From: Chthonomonadales bacterium
Lineage (GTDB): Bacteria; Armatimonadota; Chthonomonadetes; Chthonomonadales; Chthonomonadaceae
Assembly: GCA_038211235.1 (NCBI GenBank)
Contig: JBBQVV010000001.1
Location: 12,893-76,892, forward strand
DNA: 64,000 bases
Reading direction: 5' to 3'
A model generated the notes under the pieces. It did not search any database. It worked only from the letters and a program-made list of their open reading frames with translations, and was not told where the DNA came from. Each line of letters opens with the position of its first letter. Position 1 is the first letter of the stretch. A program made the position numbers and the translations under genes. Below, piece by piece: positions 10,398-19,248 of the stretch.

Positions 10398-11332
10398 ATG
10401 ACCACACCCTCGACCCGCTCGCCGATGAAGGGAGGTGAGATGACCACGTCAAGCGGTTTGACTCTAGGATTCGGGATATGCACGAGCCTCGTCTGGTCCG
10501 TCGTAGCGCGTAGACAGGACGGACCGGCAGAGAGGCATCAAAAGGTCCTCCGGTTCCTCAAAAAGACAGCGGCGCAACTCTCCGAACGGTCCCTTGTAAA
10601 CATCAACAGTGTGGCGGAGTGGCAGCGGCAGCGGTCGAAGATACGTGCGCAGCTGCTGTCCATGCTGGGCCTCATTCCATTCCCGAAGCGCACGTCGCTC
10701 CAGGATCGCATTACGGGTGTTCTATATCGCCCCAAGTTCCGTATCGAGAAGATTGCCTTCCAGAGCTTGCCCGGCCTGCCGCTGATGGGTCGATACACCC
10801 TATTGATCTTGAATCCGCGCCTCACCGAGCAGCCAGTTACTGCATTCGAGTACGCGGAGATCGAGCGCACCTCCTCCTGGATCGGCCGGACCGTCGCCTC
10901 GATGCAGGTCTGGGATATTCTGCGGGCTGTGGAGTGGATCACGCATGATTGGGGTCTGACGCCGGCCTCGATCAGCCCCTACGAGAAGGGCACTATGGGC
11001 GTGCTATCGCCATACGCGGGTCTGTTCGACAGACGGGTGCAGAGAGTGATTCTCAGAGACCCTCCTGTGTCGCATCAGAATGGAGCGGCGCTGTTGAATG
11101 TCCTGAGAGTAACGGATATTCCCAAGTCGCCGGCGCCTTTGCACCGAGACGGCTGGTTATTCTACGTGAGCGTTCGCCCGGCCCGAACGACGCGCGCCGC
11201 CTCTACAAGCTCTCCGGCTGTTTGGACCCTTTGACGGTAGCAGGAAGCCTTCCGGATGCGTTGAAGGTTTGGGGACAACATTGGAATCCGAGATTGATAG
11301 AATCCAAGATCGAGGGGACGGGAGCGCAGATC
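10398..11332 (+). pseudogene. Alpha/beta-hydrolase-like gene split by a frameshift (or consensus error)
   Basis: Frame of ORF 10398 reads ...VWDILRAVEWI...LLNVLRVTDIP. The family-typical continuation QVAGAFAPRRLVIL...DALKVW is in the frame of ORF 10949. The switch is at the CCC run 11121-11123. I saw no GxSxG. Confidence 0.45.
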
Positions 11333-12097
11333 ATGCGGGAATGGAAACTTTCCGAAGTTCGGTACAGCCTTGTCAGCCGGAGATCGTATGAAGTCGCTGT
11401 TTTGCCGATTGGGGCGACCGAGCCGCATGGGCTGCACATGGCCTACGGCACCGACAATTTCGAGGTTGAGTCACTTGCCGATCTTGCCTGCGACAAGGCG
11501 CATGCGAGTGGAGCGAAGGTCATTCTGCTGCCGACGATCCCGTATGGGGTGGACACCAACCAGATGGCCTTTCCACTCGCGATGAACGTCAATCCTTCGA
11601 CACTGAGCGCGCTGATCACGGATATCGTCCGCTCGCTGGAGCGACACGGCGTGCCTAAGATGGTCCTTCTCAACGGGCACGGCGGCAACAACTTCAATCC
11701 GTTACTTCGAGAGCTATACGGCAGAACGAGCGTGTTCATAACCTGGGTGGACGCGTGGCGTATCGCGGAGAGCGCTCGCCAAACCATTTTTGAACATCCT
11801 GGCGACCATGCGGACGAGATGGAGACTTCCTGGATGCTGCACTTGAGACCGGATCTGGTCACCATGGCGGAATGCGACGACGGAGCCGTCAACACTCCGC
11901 GTCTTACGGCCATGCGCGAAGGGTGGGCCTGGTTCGTTCGGCCCTGGGAGCGGCTAACGAAGAACAGTGGTGTCGGCGATCCACGCAACGCGACGGCTGA
12001 GAAGGGAAAGCAGTTCCTGACGGAGAGCGCGGAGCGGCTTGCGGAGTTCATCAAAGAGCTGTCGGACGCGGATATGGACGGAGCCTTTCCGTATTGA
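11333..12097 (+). CDS. Creatininase-family amidohydrolase
   Basis: The internal ATG at 11333 follows GAGGGGACGGGAG. Motifs LPIGATEPHGLHMAYGTDN, LNGHGGN and HADEMETS are present. Confidence 0.85.
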   Translation: MREWKLSEVRYSLVSRRSYEVAVLPIGATEPHGLHMAYGTDNFEVESLADLACDKAHASGAKVILLPTIPYGVDTNQMAFPLAMNVNPSTLSALITDIVRSLERHGVPKMVLLNGHGGNNFNPLLRELYGRTSVFITWVDAWRIAESARQTIFEHPGDHADEMETSWMLHLRPDLVTMAECDDGAVNTPRLTAMREGWAWFVRPWERLTKNSGVGDPRNATAEKGKQFLTESAERLAEFIKELSDADMDGAFPY

Positions 12098-12194
12098 CAT
12101 GAACGGCGCCGTCGCAGCGGGATCGTGCTCAGCAAACTGCGCCGTCGTGACATCGGTCTCGACTCAGTCCGGTTTAGAGGCTCGGAGTATATGA

Positions 12195-13544
12195 ATGGCG
12201 CTCGATATCGGGCGAAATGGCATCGTGCGTCGCCAGCAGGACGGCCGGACGTCGATCCTGCGGCCACATCGAAACGGCGGGCCGGCAACGGAGATCGAGG
12301 TTGCGCCGGAACTGGCCGATGAATTCCGCCTCGTAACGGGCGACGACGTGTCGGGTGAGACGGAACCCATCACGTCTGACGAGGTCGAAGGTCTAGATTC
12401 CGTGGATCCGGCAGCTCCGCCCGACTGGGAAGCGCGCTTCGGCGAGCAGCCTCATGTCAGCCAGACCGATGTGGCTGTCGTTGATCACCGTCAGCGATTG
12501 CCTGCGGAACGATTAATTCGAATCACAGGCGTAAACGGTCTAAGCCTGGACGAAGCGCGGGATCGCCCGTACCCACGCTCGAAGCGCTCTCAGTCCGAAA
12601 GGACGCCGCCGGATCGCCGGCTAGTGCTGGCCGACGGACCGGCGGATGCGATCGGCCGCACGCTCGATTTCATCGCTCCTCTCGGCGCCGGAACCTTCGG
12701 GGTGATCCATGGACCTCATGGCAGTGGCTTGACTCGAACGCTCCAGGCGATTCTCCATGGAGTTGCGAAACACGCTCCAGACTGCGTTCCACTGGTCCTG
12801 CTGTTGCGGGCGCGGGCCGAGGAGGCCACCGAGTGGCGCCGTCGACTTCCACAAGCCGAGGTTATCGTCGCTTCGGCGACGTTCAGCGATGCACCGCCGG
12901 AACAGACACTCGAACTGTGCTCCCTCGTGCTGGAAGCCGCGCAGCGCCAGACGGAAATGGGTCGCGATGTCGTCCTGGCAATCGATTCACTGACCGGACT
13001 ATGGGGCGCGATGCTGGAGGAAGCGCAGGCGGACGCCCAGCAGGAGGCGGATAGCTCCTCGGCACGACTTCGGATACGCGAATGGGTCCAGAAGGCGGGT
13101 TGCTTTCATGGCGCGACGCCACTGGGCGGCGGGCTCGGCGGTTCGCTTACGATCCTGGGCGCCGTCTGGCATCAGGCGGTCGACGAAGAGGCCGAGGAGG
13201 AGCGCGACACGCACCCACACCTTCGGCTTCTGGAACATATTCTGCAGGACGCCACATGGCTCGTGGCGCTTTCGGAAACCCTCAAACGCCGCGCTCTCTA
13301 TCCCGCCATCGACGTAAAACGCAGTCGTTCGCAATACGAGGATCGGCTGCTGCCGGCCTATATCGCGGAACGGCTGCTGATCGTTCGCGGCTCCCTGCCA
13401 CGCAACAATCCTGTATCCTGTCACATGCGCCTGATGGATGCGCTGGAGAGCTCGAGAGACCTGGATGGACTCGTTGAGAGGCTTGCGGATGCGGAGGCTA
13501 TGTTGGCGTCGGATATTGTGCCTCGCGAGTTTTGGAGGACGTAA
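12195..13544 (+). CDS. Rho-like protein with degenerate Walker A, catalytic and RNA-binding motifs
   Basis: Collinear with Rho throughout. TGDDVSGE matches TGDxVxG and ITGVNGLSLDEA matches VNG. FIAPLGAGTFGVIHGPHGSGLT sits where PIGKGQRxLIVAPPKAGKT would be. LLLRARAEEATEW sits where LLIDERPEEVTEM would be. Also DVVLAIDSLTGL, GGSLTILG, LYPAIDVKRSRS. Confidence 0.7.
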   Translation: MALDIGRNGIVRRQQDGRTSILRPHRNGGPATEIEVAPELADEFRLVTGDDVSGETEPITSDEVEGLDSVDPAAPPDWEARFGEQPHVSQTDVAVVDHRQRLPAERLIRITGVNGLSLDEARDRPYPRSKRSQSERTPPDRRLVLADGPADAIGRTLDFIAPLGAGTFGVIHGPHGSGLTRTLQAILHGVAKHAPDCVPLVLLLRARAEEATEWRRRLPQAEVIVASATFSDAPPEQTLELCSLVLEAAQRQTEMGRDVVLAIDSLTGLWGAMLEEAQADAQQEADSSSARLRIREWVQKAGCFHGATPLGGGLGGSLTILGAVWHQAVDEEAEEERDTHPHLRLLEHILQDATWLVALSETLKRRALYPAIDVKRSRSQYEDRLLPAYIAERLLIVRGSLPRNNPVSCHMRLMDALESSRDLDGLVERLADAEAMLASDIVPREFWRT

Positions 13545-13756
13545 TCCCGGCCCTGACTGAGACGCACGACGGTACCGGTGCCGCGAAGAGCGGCCCAGTC
13601 GGGCTCCTCACGGACAAGTTAAAGGAGGAATATTGTGGCGCGGGGAGAACTCGATTGATGACAACGGAGTCGCGTGTGTTTCGTGGCGGACGGCCGGCTT
13701 TTCGTACCGTCTATCGCTCGAGCGCGACAGTACGCGCACCGATCTCGTGTCCCGGT

Positions 13757-13789
13757 TATCGTGAGGGCCGGTCCCGAATCCTCACGATA
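13757..13789 (+). other. Perfect 10-bp stem-loop 25 nt upstream of the 13815 start
   Basis: TATCGTGAGG (13757-13766) pairs with CCTCACGATA (13780-13789). The loop is 13 nt. Confidence 0.5.
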
Positions 13790-13814
13790 GCCCGCAGTCG
13801 AAAGGGACGAAGAG

Positions 13815-15128
13815 ATGGATGAGGGCAGATCAGTAGTTCCGCAGGCGGAGCCAGGCGAGCGTCCTTTTCAGGATCCATCCATTCGCACGCTCAATCCTCG
13901 TGGGCGCGTGCCTCTCAGCTTCATTATCGACGACTCCACATGCCTCGTCAATCTGGCTTACTTTGGTATCCCGGCCTTCGCCGAGGTGTTTCCCGATCGA
14001 TATCCTCAGGATTGGCGCTCCCTTCCTCGGGAGATTCCCGACTCCTTCGTGCGTGAGTTCGGCGAGTGGTGTCATGAGCACGGAGTCAAGGGCAAATATA
14101 GCATCGTTCCCTACCCGGCCTGCGTCGGTTGGATCGATCGAGAGATGCCGGGATGGACCAGGAAGGAGCTGGAGGCCAGCCTCGACCTGGTTCGGACACT
14201 CATGACCCCCGATTGGGACATCCATCCAGAGATGATCTCGCACACCTGGGTGATCGATACGAAGACAGGCCGGCCCTACCCGGAGCGCAGCTCGCGCTTC
14301 ATGGAGAACTGGGACTGGACGACAGGCCGCTCCGTTGATGAAATGGCCGACTACCTGAGTTATGCGCTGCGCATACTGCACAACGTCGGGCTGCCGTGCG
14401 AAGGGATTACTACACCAGGCGGATTCGGCAACCAGGCGCTTCCGGAGCTGGCGCGGGGGACTCTTGAGGCTTGCCGAGCCGTGTATAAGGCCGAGATTCC
14501 TCACTACTTTCGACACATCTACACGGACGAGAGAAGCGTCGCGCCGCGCGTGGAATACGCCTCCGGCCTGCAAACCTCCGATCCAAAGTGCGCGGTCTCC
14601 ATCATCGGATGCACTGGCGACTGGTTCGGCGGCTGGGACGGGCTCTCGGCCGGAACCGTGGACCAATTCATTTCGGAGGACCTCCAGCGCGGACGCCTGC
14701 CCGAGGTGATCGACCGTGGAGAGCCGGCTGTGCTCGTCTGTCATTGGCCCGGCATCTACTTCAACGGAGAGCGAGTCGGGTTCCGAATCTTTCAGGAAGT
14801 CGTCCGGCGGTTGCACGCCCGCTACAATAATCTGACCTGGATGAAGCTTAGCGAGATATCGCGCTACTGGGCGGCGCGCGAGTTGACGCGGATCGAACGC
14901 CAGGGCGGTAGGCTTGTATTGCAAGCGCCTTTCGGGGCTCCAGACTTCACGCTGGAGGCGCCGGGAAACCCCGGGTCGCTTACCCTGACCGTCGCCGGGC
15001 AGTCGCTGCGGCTCCGCGAGGTAAAGGCGTCGAGCGAGCTTGTATCCGGAACATGGTACGTCGAGGGAGCTAAGGCAGTCGCGTGCTTCGATCTCCAACG
15101 TGGTGAGTCCGCGATCGAGATGGCGTGA
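13815..15128 (+). CDS. Hypothetical protein (possibly a carbohydrate esterase/deacetylase-like fold)
   Basis: 437 aa with balanced composition (LSFIIDDSTCLVNLAYF, GITTPGGFGN). It is preferred over the Arg/Pro-rich antisense ORF 13830-15098. Confidence 0.65.
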   Translation: MDEGRSVVPQAEPGERPFQDPSIRTLNPRGRVPLSFIIDDSTCLVNLAYFGIPAFAEVFPDRYPQDWRSLPREIPDSFVREFGEWCHEHGVKGKYSIVPYPACVGWIDREMPGWTRKELEASLDLVRTLMTPDWDIHPEMISHTWVIDTKTGRPYPERSSRFMENWDWTTGRSVDEMADYLSYALRILHNVGLPCEGITTPGGFGNQALPELARGTLEACRAVYKAEIPHYFRHIYTDERSVAPRVEYASGLQTSDPKCAVSIIGCTGDWFGGWDGLSAGTVDQFISEDLQRGRLPEVIDRGEPAVLVCHWPGIYFNGERVGFRIFQEVVRRLHARYNNLTWMKLSEISRYWAARELTRIERQGGRLVLQAPFGAPDFTLEAPGNPGSLTLTVAGQSLRLREVKASSELVSGTWYVEGAKAVACFDLQRGESAIEMA

Positions 15129-16277
15129 ATGCGTCGAGAAGGGGGGAGGCGGATGGAAGGCCCACGTGGTGCGCGAATCGAAGACCGCGAATCACTGCGG
15201 ACACTCACGGACATCGTATTTCGCAAAGGCATGCTGGATCAATACGTCCAGCTCTTTAACGAAGCCAACTATGACAATCTGCGTGTCTGCGCGGAGGATG
15301 GAAACTGCGTCTGCCACGTTGGAATGACGGAGCGGCGCGCAATACTGCTCGGATGCCCGGTCAGTGTGGCCTGCATCGGCGGCGTCTCCACGCATCCCGA
15401 GTTTCGCAAGCGGGGACTCGCCTCCGCCTGCTTCGACGACGCCCGGCGAAAGGCCCGCGACGACGGCGTCGACTATATGATCGTATCCGGCGATCGCAAT
15501 CTCTATCGAATGCGCGGGTGCGTTCATGTTGGATCTGATCGTGCCTTCACTGTATCACAGAATGAGATTCCGGCCGGCCTGACGAGAAGATCAGCTTCGG
15601 TTACGGTCGAGGTTATGACGGATTCAGAACTTCCGCGCGTCATGGAGTGCTATCGCGGTGAGCCGGTAAGATTTGCGCGGCCGCCGGACGACTATCTGCA
15701 CGTCCTGGAGAGCGGGTGGGTGATGAACCGGCCATCGGATTTTCTTGTTGTTCGAGAGCAAGGTGTCTTTCGAGGATACATAATTGCCGCGCGGCCGCGC
15801 GACGACGGAAAGGTAGGCATCGCGGAGTTCGCCGGAGACAGGCATTCGATTCTTGCGGCACTTCCACAGATTCTGAAGCGCTATGGCGCGATGCGCGTGG
15901 AGTTCCAGGCCCTCCGCCACGATGCCTTGATGCGTTCGCTGTGCGAGCGCGAAGGGCTGGAAGGCTCACCGCGCGCGACGGCGGGAACCGTTACGCTCAT
16001 CAACTTCCCCCAGCTGATGGAGCGAATACGGCCTCTTGCCGACGAGATGCTTGGGGCGCGGCTCGCCACGCGGCTTCAGTTCCGACAGGAAGAGGAGCGA
16101 TTTGTCTTTGCAATGGGTGATGAAGAGCTGATCACGGACCGATCGGGAGCGGCCCAACTGCTGTTCGGCACCGTGGACCGGCTGCCGGCCGCCGCCGGAC
16201 AGACGGGCGACCTTGGATTTGCACTCCGCACGTTCCTGCCGCTGCCGACGCTCTGGTACGGTATCAACTATGTCTGA
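15129..16277 (+). CDS. GNAT-family N-acetyltransferase with C-terminal extension (Eis-like layout)
   Basis: The ATG abuts the upstream TGA. Acetyl-CoA motif context IGGVSTHPEFRKRGLASACF. An alternative start lies at 15153. Confidence 0.8.
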   Translation: MRREGGRRMEGPRGARIEDRESLRTLTDIVFRKGMLDQYVQLFNEANYDNLRVCAEDGNCVCHVGMTERRAILLGCPVSVACIGGVSTHPEFRKRGLASACFDDARRKARDDGVDYMIVSGDRNLYRMRGCVHVGSDRAFTVSQNEIPAGLTRRSASVTVEVMTDSELPRVMECYRGEPVRFARPPDDYLHVLESGWVMNRPSDFLVVREQGVFRGYIIAARPRDDGKVGIAEFAGDRHSILAALPQILKRYGAMRVEFQALRHDALMRSLCEREGLEGSPRATAGTVTLINFPQLMERIRPLADEMLGARLATRLQFRQEEERFVFAMGDEELITDRSGAAQLLFGTVDRLPAAAGQTGDLGFALRTFLPLPTLWYGINYV

Positions 16278-16292
16278 CGGGAGGGCACGAAA

Positions 16293-17090
16293 TTGAAAAA
16301 GGGTCTCACACAGATCTGCCTTGGCCGCACCTCATCCATCAAGGATGCGCTTCAGCTCTGCAAAGAGATCGGTTACCAGGGCCTGGAGATTCTTCTGACC
16401 GAGAACGGTGAGCTGAACATGCGCTCCGGGCAGCAAGACTATGCGAGCCTCCTCCGGATGAGCCGGGAGGCGGGAGTTGAGCTGACAAGCATCTGCGGAT
16501 CCGGCGATCTCAGTGACAACGACCCGGCGAAGGTAGCCGTCGCCAAAGCGCAAATACGGAAAATGCTGGAGGCTGCGGAGGCGCTCGGTATCGATACTGT
16601 TCTGGTCACGGGCGGCCGAACGAACGAGAATGTTGCGTACGATGTCGCGTATGATCGCCAACTGTGTGCACTGCGGGAGTTGAAGCCTGATGCAGAGCGA
16701 CATCGGGTGAACATTGCGCTCGAAAACATCTGGAACAAGCTGCTGATCAGCCCATTGGAGTTCCGCGACTTTCTCGATAAGATCGGAAGTCAGTACGTCG
16801 GCTGCTATTTCGATACCGGAAACATTCTGCTGTATGGGTATCCCGAGCAGTGGATTCGGATTCTGGGCACTCGCATCAAAAAGATCCACTTCAAGGATTT
16901 CAAGATGGACCATCGCGAACGACGATACGAGTGGTCGCAGCTGATGGAGGGCGCGGTGGACTGGCCCGCGGTCATGCGAGAGATACGCGCGATCGGTTAT
17001 GACGACTACGTCATAACCGAAGTGTGCGGCGATCGCGCCGTCTACGAAGAGACCTGCAGGGTGATGGACAAAATCCTGGCCCTTACGTAG
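16293..17090 (+). CDS. Sugar phosphate isomerase/epimerase (xylose-isomerase-like TIM barrel)
   Basis: The TTG start follows GGGAGGG. Motifs IALENIWN, YFDTGN and IHFKD are present. Confidence 0.85.
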   Translation: MKKGLTQICLGRTSSIKDALQLCKEIGYQGLEILLTENGELNMRSGQQDYASLLRMSREAGVELTSICGSGDLSDNDPAKVAVAKAQIRKMLEAAEALGIDTVLVTGGRTNENVAYDVAYDRQLCALRELKPDAERHRVNIALENIWNKLLISPLEFRDFLDKIGSQYVGCYFDTGNILLYGYPEQWIRILGTRIKKIHFKDFKMDHRERRYEWSQLMEGAVDWPAVMREIRAIGYDDYVITEVCGDRAVYEETCRVMDKILALT

Positions 17091-17153
17091 GTTATAGGTT
17101 GTAGGGGGTGGGTTCTAGCATCCAATCCCTATAACCTATAACCTATAACCTAT
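17090..17153 (+). other. Intergenic 17-bp stem-loop built from TATAACC heptamers
   Basis: GGTTATAGGTTGTAGGG (17090-17106) pairs with CCCTATAACCTATAACC (17127-17143), with one G-U pair. TATAACC occurs three times in tandem at 17130-17150. The structure fills the gap between two genes. Confidence 0.6.
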
Positions 17154-17167
17154 CTGAGGAGCAGCAC

Positions 17168-18157
17168 ATGGCGGATGGAGAAGTTCGGCTCGGAATCGTT
17201 GGCGTGGGCGGCATGGGCCAGGCGCATGTTCGAGGCCTGGCAGCAATACCGAACGCGCAAATTGCCGCGGTCTGCGATCGGGATGGGGATCTCGCCCGAT
17301 TGATCGCGGAGCCGCTTGGCGCGGCCGCCTATACCGACGGACCGAAGATGATAGCGGAGTCGGACATCGAGGCGCTCTATATCTGCGTGCCTCCCCACTC
17401 GCACGAAGACCTCGAGATCCGAGCGGCGGAGCGTGGGCTGCACCTCTTCGTGGAGAAGCCCGTCAGCCTCTATATGAAGGAGGCGCTTCGTGCCCGTGAC
17501 GCCATACAGCGTGCCGGGGTGATGAGCCAGGTCGGGTACCAGCTGCGATATCTGCCTCACTTCCGTCAACTGCGCGACTTTCTGACGGACAGGGAGGTCG
17601 GCGCCGCGAGCGTCTGCCGATGGGGCGGGGCGCCCGGCAAGGACTGGTGGCGCCGGTACGATCAGGGCGGCGGACAGCTCGTCGAAATGACCACGCACCA
17701 GGTCGACATGTTACGGTGGGTGATGGGAGAAGTCGAGGCCGTCTCCGCTGCCTATTCGTTTGAGCGGCTGTTCAAAGGAGAGTACGGCATCACGGTTCCG
17801 GACAGCCAGGCGGTCCTGCTGCGTTTCGCATCCGGCGCCTCGGCGACGATCAGCACGTCATGTGCAATTGGCAAGGCGTTCATGGGCAGCATGGATTTCG
17901 TGATTCGCGACGCGAAAGTCAGTGTCCAGGGCGAGGCTGTCGCCGTCACGCCAGAGGGCGTCCACACTCTGCCCGCACCGGATTCCGAAAAACTTACCGC
18001 GGACGAAGCGTTCGTGAGGGCCGTCGCGACGGGCGATCCATCACTTCTTCTCTGCCCCTATGACGATGGACTGAAGACGGCAGCGGTCACGCTGGCGGCG
18101 AACCGGTCCGCCGAGCAGGGAGGGCGGTTGGTGAGGATCGAAGAGGTACTGGCGTGA
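17168..18157 (+). CDS. Gfo/Idh/MocA-family oxidoreductase
   Basis: 329 aa. Rossmann start RLGIVGVGGMGQAH and the EKP motif (FVEKPV) are present. Confidence 0.9.
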   Translation: MADGEVRLGIVGVGGMGQAHVRGLAAIPNAQIAAVCDRDGDLARLIAEPLGAAAYTDGPKMIAESDIEALYICVPPHSHEDLEIRAAERGLHLFVEKPVSLYMKEALRARDAIQRAGVMSQVGYQLRYLPHFRQLRDFLTDREVGAASVCRWGGAPGKDWWRRYDQGGGQLVEMTTHQVDMLRWVMGEVEAVSAAYSFERLFKGEYGITVPDSQAVLLRFASGASATISTSCAIGKAFMGSMDFVIRDAKVSVQGEAVAVTPEGVHTLPAPDSEKLTADEAFVRAVATGDPSLLLCPYDDGLKTAAVTLAANRSAEQGGRLVRIEEVLA

Positions 18158-19209
18158 ACCGTCCTCTCCAGGCGGTCCTATACGCCGTTCCGGCGCTCGT
18201 TGCCGGAGCGCTGATGTCGACGCGAAGGCCGCCGCCGCCTATGCGATCACAACCGATTGCGTCAACGGGGTTAACTTGCATGCGTCGCGTGGTCGATTCA
18301 GTGGCTAGCGTTGCGGTGAACGGTGGCGGCCGATCGGCCGGATCAGGTCGATCCGGTCTGGACACGCACGAGCCGCCCGGCATTGCTGCGCGCTATCCGA
18401 GCGATCATGGCATTGAGAAAGACCCGGCGGTCCTGTTCCACGAAGACTTTGAGCGCGATGAGATTCGGCAATGGGATGAGAAGAAGGGGCCTGTTGCGCT
18501 TACCACGGACACGCCTCATTCCGGAAAGAGCTGCGTCGCGATGCCGATGCACCGCGGAGTCGATACCGGCAGCCACCTTTTGAAGTGGTTTGCCCACGGC
18601 GCCGATACCGTCTACGCGCGATTCTACGTCAAGTTTTCTAGCGATTACCGGTACGATCACCATTTCGTGACGCTTCTCGCGAATCCGCCGGAGGATCGCT
18701 GGAGAGCCTTCGGCAAGGCCGGCCTAAGGCCGGACGGCACCTATTTCGGGACTGGTATGGAGCCATGGTTCGCCTGGGGCAAGAATCCGTCGCCCGGAGA
18801 GGTGAATCTCTACTCCTACTACCCGGACATGGATATCGACCCGAAGATGAACAAGTACTGGGGTAACGCTTTCTTTCCGCCGGGTCCGTTCAAAGGCGTC
18901 GCCGCCGGGCCGGATCGGGCTATTCCGCCCCTCGGTCGATGGCAGTGCTGGGAGTTTATGATCCAGGGGAACACCGCTCCTGACCGGGCCGACGGCAAAC
19001 AGGCGATGTGGGTGGATGGCAGGAAGATAGCCGAATTTACCGGAATCCGCTGGCGATCACGGGACAATGTCAAGATCAACTGCCTCTGGCTCCAGCACTA
19101 TGGCTTCGACGATGGGGATCCTACGAAGGCCTACTGGAAGGACCAACAGACCGTCTGGTTCGACGACGTTGTGGTCGGCACCGCATACATCGGGCCCATG
19201 AAGCGATAG
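18154..19209 (+). CDS. Hypothetical secreted protein, lectin/polysaccharide-lyase-like fold guess
   Basis: 351 aa. The conserved-looking core starts at GIAARYPSDHGIEKDPAVLFHEDFE and ends WFDDVVVGTAYIGP. The GTG start overlaps the upstream stop, but the true start is uncertain. Confidence 0.6.
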   Translation: MNRPLQAVLYAVPALVAGALMSTRRPPPPMRSQPIASTGLTCMRRVVDSVASVAVNGGGRSAGSGRSGLDTHEPPGIAARYPSDHGIEKDPAVLFHEDFERDEIRQWDEKKGPVALTTDTPHSGKSCVAMPMHRGVDTGSHLLKWFAHGADTVYARFYVKFSSDYRYDHHFVTLLANPPEDRWRAFGKAGLRPDGTYFGTGMEPWFAWGKNPSPGEVNLYSYYPDMDIDPKMNKYWGNAFFPPGPFKGVAAGPDRAIPPLGRWQCWEFMIQGNTAPDRADGKQAMWVDGRKIAEFTGIRWRSRDNVKINCLWLQHYGFDDGDPTKAYWKDQQTVWFDDVVVGTAYIGPMKR

Positions 19210-19248
19210 GTTGCGAGCCGTGCGCGCCCGTCGACGGAGAGAAGTGGA

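Noticed and set aside
10398-11332. Large internal deletion and loss of the catalytic serine in the hydrolase-like gene
   Set aside because: At first the middle seemed shortened compared with acetyl-xylan-esterase-like proteins. It may simply belong to a different, shorter subfamily. Only the frameshift is directly supported by the sequence.
12195-13544. Housekeeping transcription terminator rho
   Set aside because: The Walker A Lys is replaced (GSGLT), the ERPEE-equivalent Glu is lost and the aromatic RNA-binding patch is missing. I call it a Rho-like paralogue instead.
13532-13822. 96-aa ORF in the Rho-like/13815 intergenic region as an ordinary protein gene
   Set aside because: It overlaps the Rho-like gene end and has no SD at its listed start. 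Only its internal 54-codon part, coupled to the 7-codon mini-ORF, seems worth noting, and I report that as a possible leader arrangement rather than a gene.
13830-15098. 422-aa minus-strand ORF almost fully antisense to the 13815-15128 gene
   Set aside because: Its translation is Arg/Pro/Gly/Ala-rich with no motif. The plus-strand product has balanced composition and sits in a plus-strand, overlap-coupled operon. Long antisense ORFs are expected in GC-rich DNA. The same reasoning rejects 1256-2242(-), 2694-3446(-), 9047-9736(+), 11443-12288(-), 26236-26997(-), 29281-30075(-), 41592-42413(-) and 55866-56540(-).
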